Shown here: in pieces, positions 48,707 to 60,255 of the stretch
How the letters are laid out: each line of letters starts with the position of its first letter
Position numbering within the stretch: position 1 is the stretch's first letter
NCBI GenBank assembly: GCA_963838925.1
Contig: CAWISW010000003.1
Coordinates: 64,001 to 128,000 of the forward strand
Reading direction: 5' to 3'
Length of the DNA stretch: 64,000 nucleotides
From: an uncultured Nitrososphaerota archaeon
Lineage (GTDB): Archaea; Thermoproteota; Nitrososphaeria; Nitrososphaerales; Gagatemarchaeaceae
The notes under the pieces: generated by a model
The model's input: only the letters and a program-made list of their open reading frames with translations
Database searches by the model: none
Told to the model about the DNA's origin: nothing
Position numbers and translations under genes: made by a program

Positions 48707-51173
48707 GGGCAGAAGTCAGGATCGCGCCGGGGATGAAGCCCTCGAGGTCGGCTCGCCTTCGCCTCGTGCGTATCCAAAGCGCGCCCGTGAGGATGAGCAC
48801 GACGGCCGCGGCCGCAATGCTGCCCAGGAGGACTGTGAGGTTGTATGACGACGTCCCCGTGACGGCGGTGGGAGACCCTACCACGAGCGCCAACGAGGGG
48901 TTGGTAGCCTTGGAGACGCCCGTCCCCGACCAGGCGGAGAACGAGTAGAGGAAGAGCGAGGGCGACTCCTTGAGGGTCACGTTGCTGCCAGGAGGGACGT
49001 AGAGGTTCTCAGAGGTCCCGGGTTGCACCAAACCGGACTCCACGCTGCACGAACCGAAGATGACTTTGAGGAACACGAAGCATGAGGGGTCAGGATTGAA
49101 GGAGTAGGCTATGTCCGTCCGCGAGTCGGCCGAGACAGTGAGCCGGACGTAGAATGTGGCGTTCTCGGTCAAGGGCGATGTCACGTTGACATCGATGGAA
49201 GGGCTTGTGCCGGTGTAAGCTCCCGCTCCCGAGCCGTCCCAGCCCTCGAACTGCCACCCCTGGCTGGCGGAGGCTGTCGAGTTGAAGACGCTTCCGGAGT
49301 CGAGCCACCCCGAGCCCGAGGATGTGGAGCCGCCGCTCTGATCGTTCACCCCGAGGCCGACGTGGTACTGGTGGGTGTAGTCCTCAGTGAGCACCGCGTC
49401 TGGAGAGAACGGTGGCGACCCCTTTGCCTCGGAGCCGGTCCACCTCTCAGCCGGCGTCGAGCCGTTGAGGACGCTCGTGAATGAGTAGCCGCTGCCGACG
49501 TCGAACCAGCCTGTCTTCATGCCCGCGGGGAAGCTCGAGCAACCCGTCTGCGGGCAACTTGGAATCACGAATGGGCCTGAAATCTGGAGCGTGGTTGGGC
49601 TGCCGAACGCGGTAGACGTGAACTCCGGAATCTGGGGAGGGGTCCCGCCTCCGACAACGTTGTAGGCTGCGGTGACCTGGTACTGCTGGTAGTATTGGAT
49701 TGGACTTGGAATCACGCCGGGACCGGAGATGGTCCAGTTCTGTGCGATGGTGGCCCAGCGGTAGGAGTCAAGCTGCCCCGCGCCCGCGATCGTCCCCGTG
49801 ATGCTGGCGTTGGATCCCAAGAGCGCGAAGATCGCGACTGGCGTGGGGCCGAGCACCTGAGTAGCAGTCAGCTGAGTCGGCGAGGATACCGGGGTGGGCC
49901 AAGGCACCTCGTAGGAGAGGGTGGGATACGAAGGCAGGGACGCGCCCGGGCTGACGACTTGGACGGAGAGGTTCTCCTGCACGAGGTGGTAGTAGACGTA
50001 GGTGGCGTTCGTGCCGGCGGGGAACGAGACCTCCGTGCCCGAGGCGCCGTCGAAGACCCACCTGTCGAAAGTGCCGACATCAGAAGCGTTGACCGCTAGG
50101 GCGATTGTGGTGCCGGGGTCGGCCTCAATCATAGTGCCGGGTCCGGCCGCCACGTCAGCGGTCTGCTGAAGGCCCGCGAGGGTGTACGACGCGACGAAGC
50201 TCGGGGAGGCCGCCTCCGCGAAGGCCGGCGTGAGCGTCACCCGCGACGAGGCGGTGTTCAGCAGCCCGGTGATGAACTGGTGCGCCGAGCCGTAGATGGT
50301 TATGCCGTTGGATGCGAACGGGTAGACCTGCTGATCATTGGAGAAGGAGACGGGCGTCTGTGTCTGGTTGATGAACACGGTCGTGCCGGAGCTGGAGGTG
50401 TCGAACTCGTCGTCCCAGAGCCAGGCGGAGCTGAGCGCCACGGCCTCGTCGGTGTATGTCACCTTGCCCTCGTTCCCGGTGAAGAGCGAGACGTGGTACC
50501 ACTCTGTCATCAGCCCCGTGAAGAAGCCCTGAGAGCTCGCCGGCCTCGAGGGGTTGCCGACGAAGGTGGACGCCCCCACGCTGCTGTAGCTCGCCTTGGC
50601 GGTCGCGCCGGTGATCCAGTCCTGAGCGAGCATCTGGACCGTAGTGCCCACGAACGTGAGGCTCAGGAGGACGCTGTCCCCGGAGTGCACGACCTTGGAG
50701 AACGAGCCCAAGCCCGCCCCGCCGTTGGCGGGATACACCGGCTTGTCGTTCGGGCCGTACACCTGGTAGCTGAACCCGAAGCTCGGGTCGTAGCTGCCGC
50801 TCGAGCTGGGCCAGTGGTAGGAGATCCCCACCTGGTACCAGTAGCCCGCGGAGGTCAGACCGTTCAGTATGTAGGCTGGGCCGTAGCCGTCGGCGTCGGT
50901 CTGGGCCAGGGCGGTGACGTTGAACGTGAGGGAGCTGAGGTTTTGGGTGAAGGTCGCCCCGAGCTGCTCGTCGTAGATGGGGTTGGAGGCCGCCGCCCCG
51001 ATCAGTGGAGACGAGGAAGCCGTCGCGGATGGGCGGGGGGCGGCCGCAAGCGACCTCTGCGCGGCCCCGCCGTGCGGGAATTGGGCCGAAGCCAGTAGTA
51101 GGAGCGCCGCGACCAGGATGGCACCGGACGCGCCGCCCGTCCTGGCTGAGCGCGGGCCTGCGAGGGACCTCAA
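48669..51173 (-). CDS. Large cell-surface protein: putative peptidase-like N-domain, beta-sandwich repeats, C-terminal TM
   Basis: Signal peptide, GYWYQVG and TEWY motifs, GW[FL]DxGS repeats, WQFEGWDG (InlB B-repeat-like), TM + RRRR; TTG 51173 preferred. Confidence 0.75.
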   Translation of the reverse strand: MRSLAGPRSARTGGASGAILVAALLLLASAQFPHGGAAQRSLAAAPRPSATASSSPLIGAAASNPIYDEQLGATFTQNLSSLTFNVTALAQTDADGYGPAYILNGLTSAGYWYQVGISYHWPSSSGSYDPSFGFSYQVYGPNDKPVYPANGGAGLGSFSKVVHSGDSVLLSLTFVGTTVQMLAQDWITGATAKASYSSVGASTFVGNPSRPASSQGFFTGLMTEWYHVSLFTGNEGKVTYTDEAVALSSAWLWDDEFDTSSSGTTVFINQTQTPVSFSNDQQVYPFASNGITIYGSAHQFITGLLNTASSRVTLTPAFAEAASPSFVASYTLAGLQQTADVAAGPGTMIEADPGTTIALAVNASDVGTFDRWVFDGASGTEVSFPAGTNATYVYYHLVQENLSVQVVSPGASLPSYPTLSYEVPWPTPVSSPTQLTATQVLGPTPVAIFALLGSNASITGTIAGAGQLDSYRWATIAQNWTISGPGVIPSPIQYYQQYQVTAAYNVVGGGTPPQIPEFTSTAFGSPTTLQISGPFVIPSCPQTGCSSFPAGMKTGWFDVGSGYSFTSVLNGSTPAERWTGSEAKGSPPFSPDAVLTEDYTHQYHVGLGVNDQSGGSTSSGSGWLDSGSVFNSTASASQGWQFEGWDGSGAGAYTGTSPSIDVNVTSPLTENATFYVRLTVSADSRTDIAYSFNPDPSCFVFLKVIFGSCSVESGLVQPGTSENLYVPPGSNVTLKESPSLFLYSFSAWSGTGVSKATNPSLALVVGSPTAVTGTSSYNLTVLLGSIAAAAVVLILTGALWIRTRRRRADLEGFIPGAILTSAPRASSGPASRPA

Positions 51174-51252
51174 TTGCCTTCCGATGGTGACGGGCGGCAG
51201 GCTCACTTAAGCATCGCCTAGCTTTGGTCGGAGATGGTGTGGCCTGGAGGGC

Positions 51253-52074
51253 TCAGTAGAAGCTGTCCATCATCTGCTTTTCCTCGTCCGAGACGTGCTT
51301 CGCGCCTACTGACCTGGGGGCGACCTCCCGGACGACCTTCCCGTCCCTGATCGAGTAGACCCTGTCGCACCTGGCGACCACGAAGGGGTCGTGGGTCACG
51401 AGGATGAAGGTCACCTTCTTCTCCTTCCTGAGGGCCCATATCAGGTCCATCAGCGCCTTCGCGGACTTGGAGTCGAGGTCTCCCGTCGGCTCGTCTCCGA
51501 GTATCACCGAGGGGTTGTTCGAGAGGGCTCGGGCGACCGCGACCCTCTGCTGCTCGCCGCCGCTCAGTTCCTCCGGCATGTGGTTGACCCTCATCTGGAG
51601 CCCCACGGTCTCGAGCAGCTCCCTCGCCCGCTCCTCGCGCTCCTCCCTCGGGACGTTCGCGAGGCCCATGGGAAGCTCGACGTTCTCGAGTGCGTTGAGG
51701 GTCGATATGAGGTTGTAGAACTGGAAGATGAACCCGATCTTGTTCAGCCTGTACTCGGCGAGCTTCCCGTCGTCGAGCCCTGCGAGGTCGATGCCGTCAA
51801 CCATCACCTTGCCCTGGGTGGGCCTGTCCAGCCCTCCGATGACGTTGAGTAAGGTGGTCTTCCCCGACCCCGAGGGGCCGATTATCCCGATGATCTCTCC
51901 CTTCCCGATGGTGATGTTGACGCCGGCCAGCCCGTCCACGGCTATCCTCCCGCGCCTGTACCGCTTCGCCAGGTCGACAGTTTGGACGACGACCTGCCTG
52001 CCGTCCTGGGTGGTCGCGCCCTTCGCCGTGGGCTCCTCGGCCCCGACGCTGGCGCCGCCCTTCTTGCTAGACGT
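51253..52074 (-). CDS. ABC ATP-binding protein (LolD/MacB type), probable ACG start
   Basis: [36 protein letters not shown]. Confidence 0.9.
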   Translation of the reverse strand, partial: TSSKKGGASVGAEEPTAKGATTQDGRQVVVQTVDLAKRYRRGRIAVDGLAGVNITIGKGEIIGIIGPSGSGKTTLLNVIGGLDRPTQGKVMVDGIDLAGLDDGKLAEYRLNKIGFIFQFYNLISTLNALENVELPMGLANVPREEREERARELLETVGLQMRVNHMPEELSGGEQQRVAVARALSNNPSVILGDEPTGDLDSKSAKALMDLIWALRKEKKVTFILVTHDPFVVARCDRVYSIRDGKVVREVAPRSVGAKHVSDEEKQMMDSFY

Positions 52075-53371
52075 GCCTGAGCGCCTCCACCGGATCCATC
52101 TTCGAAGCCCGCCACGCCGGGTAGATGCCCGAGAGGACGCCCACCACAACGCCCAGCCCGAGGCTGAGCAGGAGGGTTCTGAGCGTCAGCGTCGGCGAGA
52201 GGGCTCCCCTGAAGAGGCCCCCAAGCCCCGCGCCTCCTGCGGTGCTGGTAGTCGCGGCCCCGGTCAGGTACGGGAGCGCAAGTGTGACTCCGACCCCTAT
52301 CGCGGCGCCGATGACGGCGCCGATGACCCCGATGAGGAGGGCCTCGCTGAGGAAGATCCTCATGATCTGCCCCTTCTTCGCTCCTATCGCCTTCATCGCG
52401 CCTATCTCTCGTGTCCTTTCGCTGATGGACATCATCATGGTGTTTACCACCCCGAAGCCCCCTGCGAGGAGGGCCGCCAGCCCTATGATCGTGAAGAACG
52501 AGGTGAGCGTGCCAGAGAGCGAGGCCGCGGCGCTTGTGAAGGTCGAGGGGGCTATAGCCGAGACCCCAGGGAACGAGGCCGTGATCTCAGCAGTGACCTG
52601 GGCCACCTGGTTCGGGTTGTCTGCCTTCACGAAGACCTCAGATATCTGCCCTGTCTTGTTGGCGATGGCCTGCGCGTTGGTCAGCGGGATGTAGGAGAAC
52701 CTCTCGGTGAAGGTGTTGCCCGTCGAGTAGATGCCGACCACGGTGTACGGCGAGCCGCCCGTGGTGTTGGACCCGACGTTGACGACGGACCCGACCGTGA
52801 TGCCGAGGTTCGTGGCGAGGGTCTGTCCCACTACTATCTGGCTGCCGGATGTCGAGTTCGCGAGGTTTGTCCCGTTCACTATGTTGAGCCCGCCCGTCGC
52901 CTCCTTGTAGGTGGCGGGGTCGATGCCCGTGAGGAAGGAGGCCGTCCCGTTGACAAAGCCCGTTGTCGAGAGGGTGGGGGAGGCCACAGAGACGCCCGTC
53001 AGGTTGCCCACCGCTGGGGCGACAGCCTGCTCGAGCGTGGTGGAGTCCCCGAAGAGCGACCCGAAGGTCGCGGTCGCGCCGGCCGCTCCGCCGCCGCGGA
53101 ACCCTCCGCCAAAGCCCGCGCCTCCGCCTCCGCGGAAGACGAACGCCCCGCCGCTAGTGGTCGCGGCGGTCCTGCCCGTCGCGTTGACCACCGTGATCTG
53201 AGCGGGAGACAGCGTGTTGATGAGCCCGCCTGTCCGCGCGGACGTCCCCGCCGTGAGGGAGAGAAGGACGAGGATGAGAGCGACGCCAACGACGATGCCC
53301 GACACGGTGAAGGCGGTCCGGACCTTGCGCCTTCGAAGGCTCTTGAACGCCATTCCCATCGACGAGGACAT
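52067..53371 (-). CDS. MacB/FtsX-like ABC permease
   Basis: RRKVRTAFT..GI, NTMMMSISERTREIG, YPAWRASKMDPVEALR. Confidence 0.92.
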   Translation of the reverse strand: MSSSMGMAFKSLRRRKVRTAFTVSGIVVGVALILVLLSLTAGTSARTGGLINTLSPAQITVVNATGRTAATTSGGAFVFRGGGGAGFGGGFRGGGAAGATATFGSLFGDSTTLEQAVAPAVGNLTGVSVASPTLSTTGFVNGTASFLTGIDPATYKEATGGLNIVNGTNLANSTSGSQIVVGQTLATNLGITVGSVVNVGSNTTGGSPYTVVGIYSTGNTFTERFSYIPLTNAQAIANKTGQISEVFVKADNPNQVAQVTAEITASFPGVSAIAPSTFTSAAASLSGTLTSFFTIIGLAALLAGGFGVVNTMMMSISERTREIGAMKAIGAKKGQIMRIFLSEALLIGVIGAVIGAAIGVGVTLALPYLTGAATTSTAGGAGLGGLFRGALSPTLTLRTLLLSLGLGVVVGVLSGIYPAWRASKMDPVEALRHV

Positions 53372-53597
53372 GATTCTTTCGATACACCTTTTTGAGCGGT
53401 TGAGAACTTGACTTTCGTCCCGAGTGCCGGGGCTGGAGCGCTCGAGCCACTTTCAATATATAATGAGATTGGTGCATTAGCCTATGAGGGAGCCTCAGAA
53501 TGAGCAGGACCGAGACTAAGAGACCTGAGGTGAGGGTCAGGAGGGGCGCTTCCCCGCGACCCAGGGCAGTGCGCAGAGCTGGGTGTTCTCTGCAGCC

Positions 53598-55232
53598 CTA
53601 CTCAGGGCCCAGGCAGACTAGCTTGTTGGGCGCCCCGCCCCTCCCGCTAACAGGGATGTAGGCCCGGACCTTTCCGTCCCGGGTCGAGCCAAGCGATGCG
53701 CCGGCCCGGCCGTAGCCCTTCAGGTCGAGCTCCTTGACCTGCCTGCCGGTCTCCGCGTCGAGCAGGTGGAGCACGCCTCCCCTCTCGATGGCAAAGACGA
53801 GCCCTCCGCCAACGGTTATCGCCGCGCTCTGGAACGTGGTCTTCATGAAGTGCGTCCACTTCACCTCCCCCCTGGCGGCGTCGATGGCGTAGAGGGTCGA
53901 GTACTCCGGGGTGTCCTCGTGCTTCAGGTGCACCCCCTTGACCTTCCTGCCGTCGTAGACCGCGTCATAGTACCTCGCGACCTGGTCCAGCCTCTGTGAG
54001 GCCGCGAAGATCGTGTTGTATGCGAAGGCCAGCGGCGAGTTGATCCCTCCGAGGTGCCCTGGCGAGTAGAGGCCCGGCTTGAGGACGCTCTCCATGTCCG
54101 CGCGGTTCTCCAAGTCGGAGTTGAGGGGCGTCGAGGTGTAGCCGACCCTTATCGGCGCGTAGAGCGGCTTGCCCGTCTTTGCGTCGAGGACGTAGACGTG
54201 GTTGTTCTTCGAGCCCGCGACCACCGCGCGCCTCTTCCTCCCTCCCACGTCGATGTCCACGACCATCGTGTTCCACCCGATGTCCCAGCCGATGAGGTCG
54301 TGGGGCGTGGCCTGGTAGTACCACAGCATATTGCCGGTCCTCGCATCGAGGCACACTAGGCAGTCCGTGAACAGGTTGGGGCCTGGCACGTCCAGGTCGG
54401 CATAGACGAACAGGTCGGAGTTGCCAGTCCCCAGGTAGACCCTCTGCGCTGCCTCGTCGACGGCGGCCGTCCCCCAGAGACCGCCACCGCCGATGCGGTC
54501 GGAGGCGCCCCAGTCGCGCGGGTAGGGGAGAATGTTGCCCTTGCGCGCCTGCTTGTCCCACCGCTTGGGGCCCTTCTTTGCCGGTGGCACCGAGAACCAC
54601 ATCCAGTTGAGCTTCCCCTGCTCGAGGTCGAGCGACCCTACGAACCCCCTGGCCGAGGCCTGGTAATAGTTCTCGCTCACGCCCCTCCCCGAGAACTTCG
54701 GTACCGTGATCCCTTGGGTCGACGCCCCGAATATCGCGGAGCCCTCGAAGAACGCGGGAGCCGACTCTCCCGAGTATCCCGCGTCCGCCGCGACCCCGGG
54801 CACCCTGTCTGCGAGGCCGGGGAACCTCTTCTCGACCTTCCCGCTCTTCGGGTCGAGGGCGTAGAGCGTCACGTCGGCCGCGATGAAGTAGATGAGCCCG
54901 TCCCTGAAGTTCAGGGTAAGGAGGGCGGTCTGGTGCCTCTCCACCTTCGCCATCGAGTCGAACGACCAGAGCTTCTTGCCGGTCTCGGCGTCGAAGGCGT
55001 GGACGATGTGGTACCCGTCCCCCAGGAAGACGCTCCCGTCTATGACGAGGGGCGTGGTCTGGACCCCGACCTGCTTCTGGTTCCACATCCGCTCTGGCTC
55101 CGGGACGGAGGGGCTGATCTCAGCGGTCCAGACGACCCTGAGCTTCGACGCGCTCTCACGGGTGATTTCCTCCTGAGGGCTGAAGTTGGTGTTGCAGGTG
55201 TCGGAGTAGGGGTGCAGCCACTCTCGTTTCAA
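53598..55232 (-). CDS. PQQ-type beta-propeller dehydrogenase-like protein, degenerate active site
   Basis: QTTPLVIDG, AFDAETGKKLW repeats, YLGTGN, PNLFTDCLVCLDARTG..WYYQATPHD; no signal peptide. Confidence 0.85.
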   Translation of the reverse strand: MKREWLHPYSDTCNTNFSPQEEITRESASKLRVVWTAEISPSVPEPERMWNQKQVGVQTTPLVIDGSVFLGDGYHIVHAFDAETGKKLWSFDSMAKVERHQTALLTLNFRDGLIYFIAADVTLYALDPKSGKVEKRFPGLADRVPGVAADAGYSGESAPAFFEGSAIFGASTQGITVPKFSGRGVSENYYQASARGFVGSLDLEQGKLNWMWFSVPPAKKGPKRWDKQARKGNILPYPRDWGASDRIGGGGLWGTAAVDEAAQRVYLGTGNSDLFVYADLDVPGPNLFTDCLVCLDARTGNMLWYYQATPHDLIGWDIGWNTMVVDIDVGGRKRRAVVAGSKNNHVYVLDAKTGKPLYAPIRVGYTSTPLNSDLENRADMESVLKPGLYSPGHLGGINSPLAFAYNTIFAASQRLDQVARYYDAVYDGRKVKGVHLKHEDTPEYSTLYAIDAARGEVKWTHFMKTTFQSAAITVGGGLVFAIERGGVLHLLDAETGRQVKELDLKGYGRAGASLGSTRDGKVRAYIPVSGRGGAPNKLVCLGPE

Positions 55233-55342
55233 GCGGTCTGGTGCCCGCGAGAGGCCCGTTCGCTATTTATCCCTTCGAGGGCCGTCGCGTTCCAAATCAG
55301 GAGGGAATGTTTAAACTCGAAAGGGGGACAAACAGACGACGA

Positions 55343-56491
<1,149 letters not shown>

Positions 56492-56540
56492 AATAAAACT
56501 AAATGAACTCTTATATAAAAGAGGAGCGCCGAAGGGCTAC

Positions 56541-57785
56541 ATGCGAACAAGGCGCGGGGTTTCCACCAATGCCATGATTGCGGTCGTTGTCGTAGTCGTC
56601 ATTATCGCTGTAGCAGCAGTCGTACTGGTGCCTTCGATGAGCTCGTCAACGAGCTCGTCGTCAAGCACTTCTTCTGGCACTTCTTCAAGCACGTCGTCTA
56701 GCACGACGACTTCGACGACCCTGCCTGTGACGACCTCAAGTTCCCCGAGCACGACGACTTCGACGACCACCACGACCAAGTCGACCGACACCGACGTCGC
56801 GCTGTACCAGGCGGCCCTCAAGGAGGGCAGCGTGGTGGTCTACGGAAGCCCCACCGCGGTCCAGTTCCAGAACATCACGGCGGCGTTCAACGCGGTCTAC
56901 CCCGGGATAACGGTCCAGTACACGTCGCTGCAGCCTCCGCAGGCGGTCCCCCAGGTCGAGTCTGAGGAGTCCGCCCAGGGCCACAGCGCCGACGTCATGC
57001 TCCAGGCCGCGACGACCATGTACACGCTCGAGCCGACTGGGAGCGCCTGCTCGTGCGTTTCCCCGTATGTCTCTCAGTACGCGAGCGGCTTCCCGAAGGC
57101 CGTCCTCGACCCGCTGAACGAGAGCACGCCGATCATCGAGCTCGCGTTCGGCTGGGCATACAACACGAACATGATCAGCCCGGCTAACGTCCCGACGACG
57201 ATGGCGCAGGTGGCCAACGCCCAGTTCAAGGGCGAGGTCGTGATGAACGACCCGACGACCGGGACCGCCTTCACGCAGTACTGGGCGTCCCTCGAGGGAG
57301 CGCTGGGCAACGCGACGGTGACGAACTTCCTGCACAACCTCAAGAACGCGACCTCCCCGGTGATCGTCCCGACGACCACCAGCTGCATGAACGACGTCGC
57401 GAGCAGCGCCTACGCGATCTGCCTTGGTGGATACATGCAGGACGCGGCCCCTGACATCCAGCAGGGCGCCCCGATGAAGTTCCTCAACATCACGGGCCTG
57501 CCCCTGATGCTCACTCCCTCCAACGCCGCGATACTCAAGAACGCGCAGCACCCCAACGCCGCGCAACTTCTCATCGACTTCATGGCCTCCCCTGCGGGAC
57601 AGACGGCGTGGGGAAACATCAACGTCAGGACGCCGGTGAGCCAGACGGTGACCGCAAAGTGGTCGCTCACGTCTGAGATTGCGACTTTCTATCCGGGCGC
57701 AGGGACCCAGATCTACTTCCCCACGGTCGCGGTGGCTACGTCGGCCTCCGCCTGGGCGTCGACCTTCGCCTTCCTGAAGTCGTAG
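56541..57785 (+). CDS. ABC substrate-binding protein (AfuA-like), membrane-anchored
   Basis: Class III-like signal RRG|VS, Ser/Thr linker, ALKEGSVVVY, AQHPNAAQL; TTATATAAA upstream. Confidence 0.87.
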   Translation: MRTRRGVSTNAMIAVVVVVVIIAVAAVVLVPSMSSSTSSSSSTSSGTSSSTSSSTTTSTTLPVTTSSSPSTTTSTTTTTKSTDTDVALYQAALKEGSVVVYGSPTAVQFQNITAAFNAVYPGITVQYTSLQPPQAVPQVESEESAQGHSADVMLQAATTMYTLEPTGSACSCVSPYVSQYASGFPKAVLDPLNESTPIIELAFGWAYNTNMISPANVPTTMAQVANAQFKGEVVMNDPTTGTAFTQYWASLEGALGNATVTNFLHNLKNATSPVIVPTTTSCMNDVASSAYAICLGGYMQDAAPDIQQGAPMKFLNITGLPLMLTPSNAAILKNAQHPNAAQLLIDFMASPAGQTAWGNINVRTPVSQTVTAKWSLTSEIATFYPGAGTQIYFPTVAVATSASAWASTFAFLKS

Positions 57786-57864
57786 ACCGCGGGAGACCCC
57801 AGCGTGGCTGAGCCGCCTTGGCAGCTACCAAGAGGCGGTCGTTCCTGCCCTTCAGCTCCTCCTC

Positions 57865-59550
57865 TTGGCCCTCGCGGCCGGGGTTGGGGTGCTCGCGGTC
57901 TTCATCCTCTACCCCGTCGTCTTCACGCTCACGAGCAGCTTCTGGAGCGGCGAGCCCGGCCTCGCCGGGCACTACACGCTGGGCAACTACGAGGCTCTCC
58001 TCGGGAGCACGGGCACCTACGTCACCGTGGCCAACACTTTCTTCCAGGCGGGAGGCGCCTCGGTCATCGCGATCGCGCTTGGGACGCTACTCAGCATCAT
58101 CACGGTGAGGACAGACACCCCGTTCCGGCGCGTCCTCTTCTACCTGCCGTACTTCCCCCTCGCGTTCCCCGTCCTAATCGCCAACCAGGCCTGGATCTAC
58201 CTCTTCGAGAAGAGGGCGGGGCTGCTCAACATCGTGGCGGGGCACATTGGCCTCTCGACGTCCACCTTCAGCATCTACAGCTGGCCCGGGCTGATATTCG
58301 CGAGCGCGATGGCCCTCACGCCAATCTCCTACGTCACCATCTCCGCCTCGATGCGCGGCATGGACTCCTCCCTCGAGGACGCAAGCAGGGCGTCGGGCTC
58401 GGGCGTGCTGAGCACCCTGCGGCGAGTCTCCATCCCGCTCATGGCCCCGAGCATATTCTCCGCGTTCCTTCTCTGCTTCACCCTCTCGGCGGGCTCGTTC
58501 GAGACGGCGACGATGATAGGCCTCCCCGCTGGGATCACGGTGATGATGTCGTCGGTCTACGACAACGTCTACGGCGGGACGCCGAACTACGCCGCCGCGA
58601 GCACAGAGTCGGTGCTGCTGCTGGCGATAGTCATGGCCATGGTCTTCCTCTACAACCGCTCCCTCCGCCGGACTAGGAGGTTCGAGGTGGTCACCGGGAA
58701 GGGGTACTCGAGCGGGAGGGTTCTCTCGCTCGGGCGATGGAGGTATCTCGCGTTCGCCGTCATCGCGGCGTACCTAGTCGTGGCGATCGCACTCCCCCTC
58801 TTCACTATCACGCTGCTCTCGCTGGAGCCGATCTGGCTCCCGAACAACCTCTTCGGGAGGCTCACGCTGAAGAACTTCCAGTTCATGCTCTCTAGCAGCT
58901 CGGGCGCGTACCCTGCCCTGGCGAACAGCCTCGTCGCGTCCGTGGTGTCGGCGAGCGTCATACTGGGCGTCGCACTGGTCATCATCTTCGCGGCGCGGAG
59001 GACGAACATCAGGGGGCGGGGGCTCCTCGAGGCCCTGGGGATGTTCCCCATCTCGGTGCCCGCGCTGGTCCTCAGCTTCGGGCTGCTCTGGGCGTTCCTG
59101 ACGATACCCACCGGCCTCTACGGGACGCTGGGCGTGATGGTGATCGCGCTCTGCGTGAGCCTCCTGCCGCAGGGCATCAGGTCGATAAGCGGCGGGGTCA
59201 TCCAGGTCCAGATGGAGCTCCAGGAGGCGGCCCGGGCCTCGGGCGCGAGCCTCGCGACCACGATAAGGCGGATCTTCCTCCCGCTGGTGAGGCCCAGCCT
59301 CGTCGGGGCGTGGCTCTACGTCTTCATCGGCAGCTTCAACGCGCTCGGCGCGGTTCTCCTCCTCCAGTCAGCCAAAAACCAGCTCTTCTCGACCCTACTG
59401 TGGAGCTTCTACTCGAGCGGGCAGCTGCTCTCCACCCAAGCGTTCGCGGCGGGCTGCGTCATGCTCTTCCTCATACTCCTGTGCGCGATCTCCGTGATGG
59501 TGGTGGCCCAGCGCTTGCTCGAGAGGGGGCAGCGCCGGACCGAGGGCTAG
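57865..59550 (+). CDS. Fe3+/AfuB-type ABC permease (fused two-domain)
   Basis: RTDTPFR, LEDASRASG, LQEAARASG; frame stays open upstream to a CTG at 57808. Confidence 0.9.
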   Translation: MALAAGVGVLAVFILYPVVFTLTSSFWSGEPGLAGHYTLGNYEALLGSTGTYVTVANTFFQAGGASVIAIALGTLLSIITVRTDTPFRRVLFYLPYFPLAFPVLIANQAWIYLFEKRAGLLNIVAGHIGLSTSTFSIYSWPGLIFASAMALTPISYVTISASMRGMDSSLEDASRASGSGVLSTLRRVSIPLMAPSIFSAFLLCFTLSAGSFETATMIGLPAGITVMMSSVYDNVYGGTPNYAAASTESVLLLAIVMAMVFLYNRSLRRTRRFEVVTGKGYSSGRVLSLGRWRYLAFAVIAAYLVVAIALPLFTITLLSLEPIWLPNNLFGRLTLKNFQFMLSSSSGAYPALANSLVASVVSASVILGVALVIIFAARRTNIRGRGLLEALGMFPISVPALVLSFGLLWAFLTIPTGLYGTLGVMVIALCVSLLPQGIRSISGGVIQVQMELQEAARASGASLATTIRRIFLPLVRPSLVGAWLYVFIGSFNALGAVLLLQSAKNQLFSTLLWSFYSSGQLLSTQAFAAGCVMLFLILLCAISVMVVAQRLLERGQRRTEG

Positions 59551-59551
59551 G

Positions 59552-60187
59552 CTAGTTGGTCAGAGTGAAGTCCGCCTCGGCCATCAGCTCGGTCGCAGCG
59601 TTCAGCCCGTTGGCCGGGATCTTCACTTCTACGCTGACCTGGTAGGTTCCCGCCTGCGGGGTAACCCCATCATATGCGGTGCCGGAGTTCCAGAACCCGC
59701 TCCCCGCGACGTAGTGGCCCTGCTGCAGGGTCCCGTTGATGGTGATCGCCGGCGTCCAGACTGTGACCGTCCTGCCCTTCGAGTCCGTGACGTTGAGCTG
59801 CTGGGTGATCGCCTGGGCGCTGGGCGCGCCCCCGCTGACGTTTTGCACCACCAGGCCTATGCATACGCTCCCCCCGACCTTCGTCGAGTTCGAAAGGTAG
59901 ACGTCGACCGAGTAGCCTTGGTCGGACACGGTCGTGGTCAGGGCGCAGCCCGGAGGCATGCTAGCCGCGCTCGTAGACGCGCTCGACGTGGTGGTCGAGG
60001 GCGCAGAGGAGGAGCTGTGGGTCTGCTGGTGGGTCAGGCCGGTGCTCGAGAAGAGTCCCGTGGAGTACGCCGCGCCCACGCCTGCCACGAGGAAGACCAG
60101 AATGACGCCGAGGACGATGATGGAGTTGCGCGACCTGGGCGGGCTGGGCGGCGCCTGCCGTGAGCTCGCGTATTGTCCTGCCCTCAA
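59552..60187 (-). CDS. Membrane-anchored extracellular Ig-like hypothetical protein
   Basis: TM, Ser/Thr linker, W(N)...GTYQV Ig-like end, two Cys. Confidence 0.7.
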   Translation of the reverse strand: MRAGQYASSRQAPPSPPRSRNSIIVLGVILVFLVAGVGAAYSTGLFSSTGLTHQQTHSSSSAPSTTTSSASTSAASMPPGCALTTTVSDQGYSVDVYLSNSTKVGGSVCIGLVVQNVSGGAPSAQAITQQLNVTDSKGRTVTVWTPAITINGTLQQGHYVAGSGFWNSGTAYDGVTPQAGTYQVSVEVKIPANGLNAATELMAEADFTLTN

Positions 60188-60255
60188 CTCCAGCCCTTCA
60201 ACCCCGGGACGGCGTGCTGCCTGTCGATATTAAAGCAGGCCTAGGGGTCAGTCGC

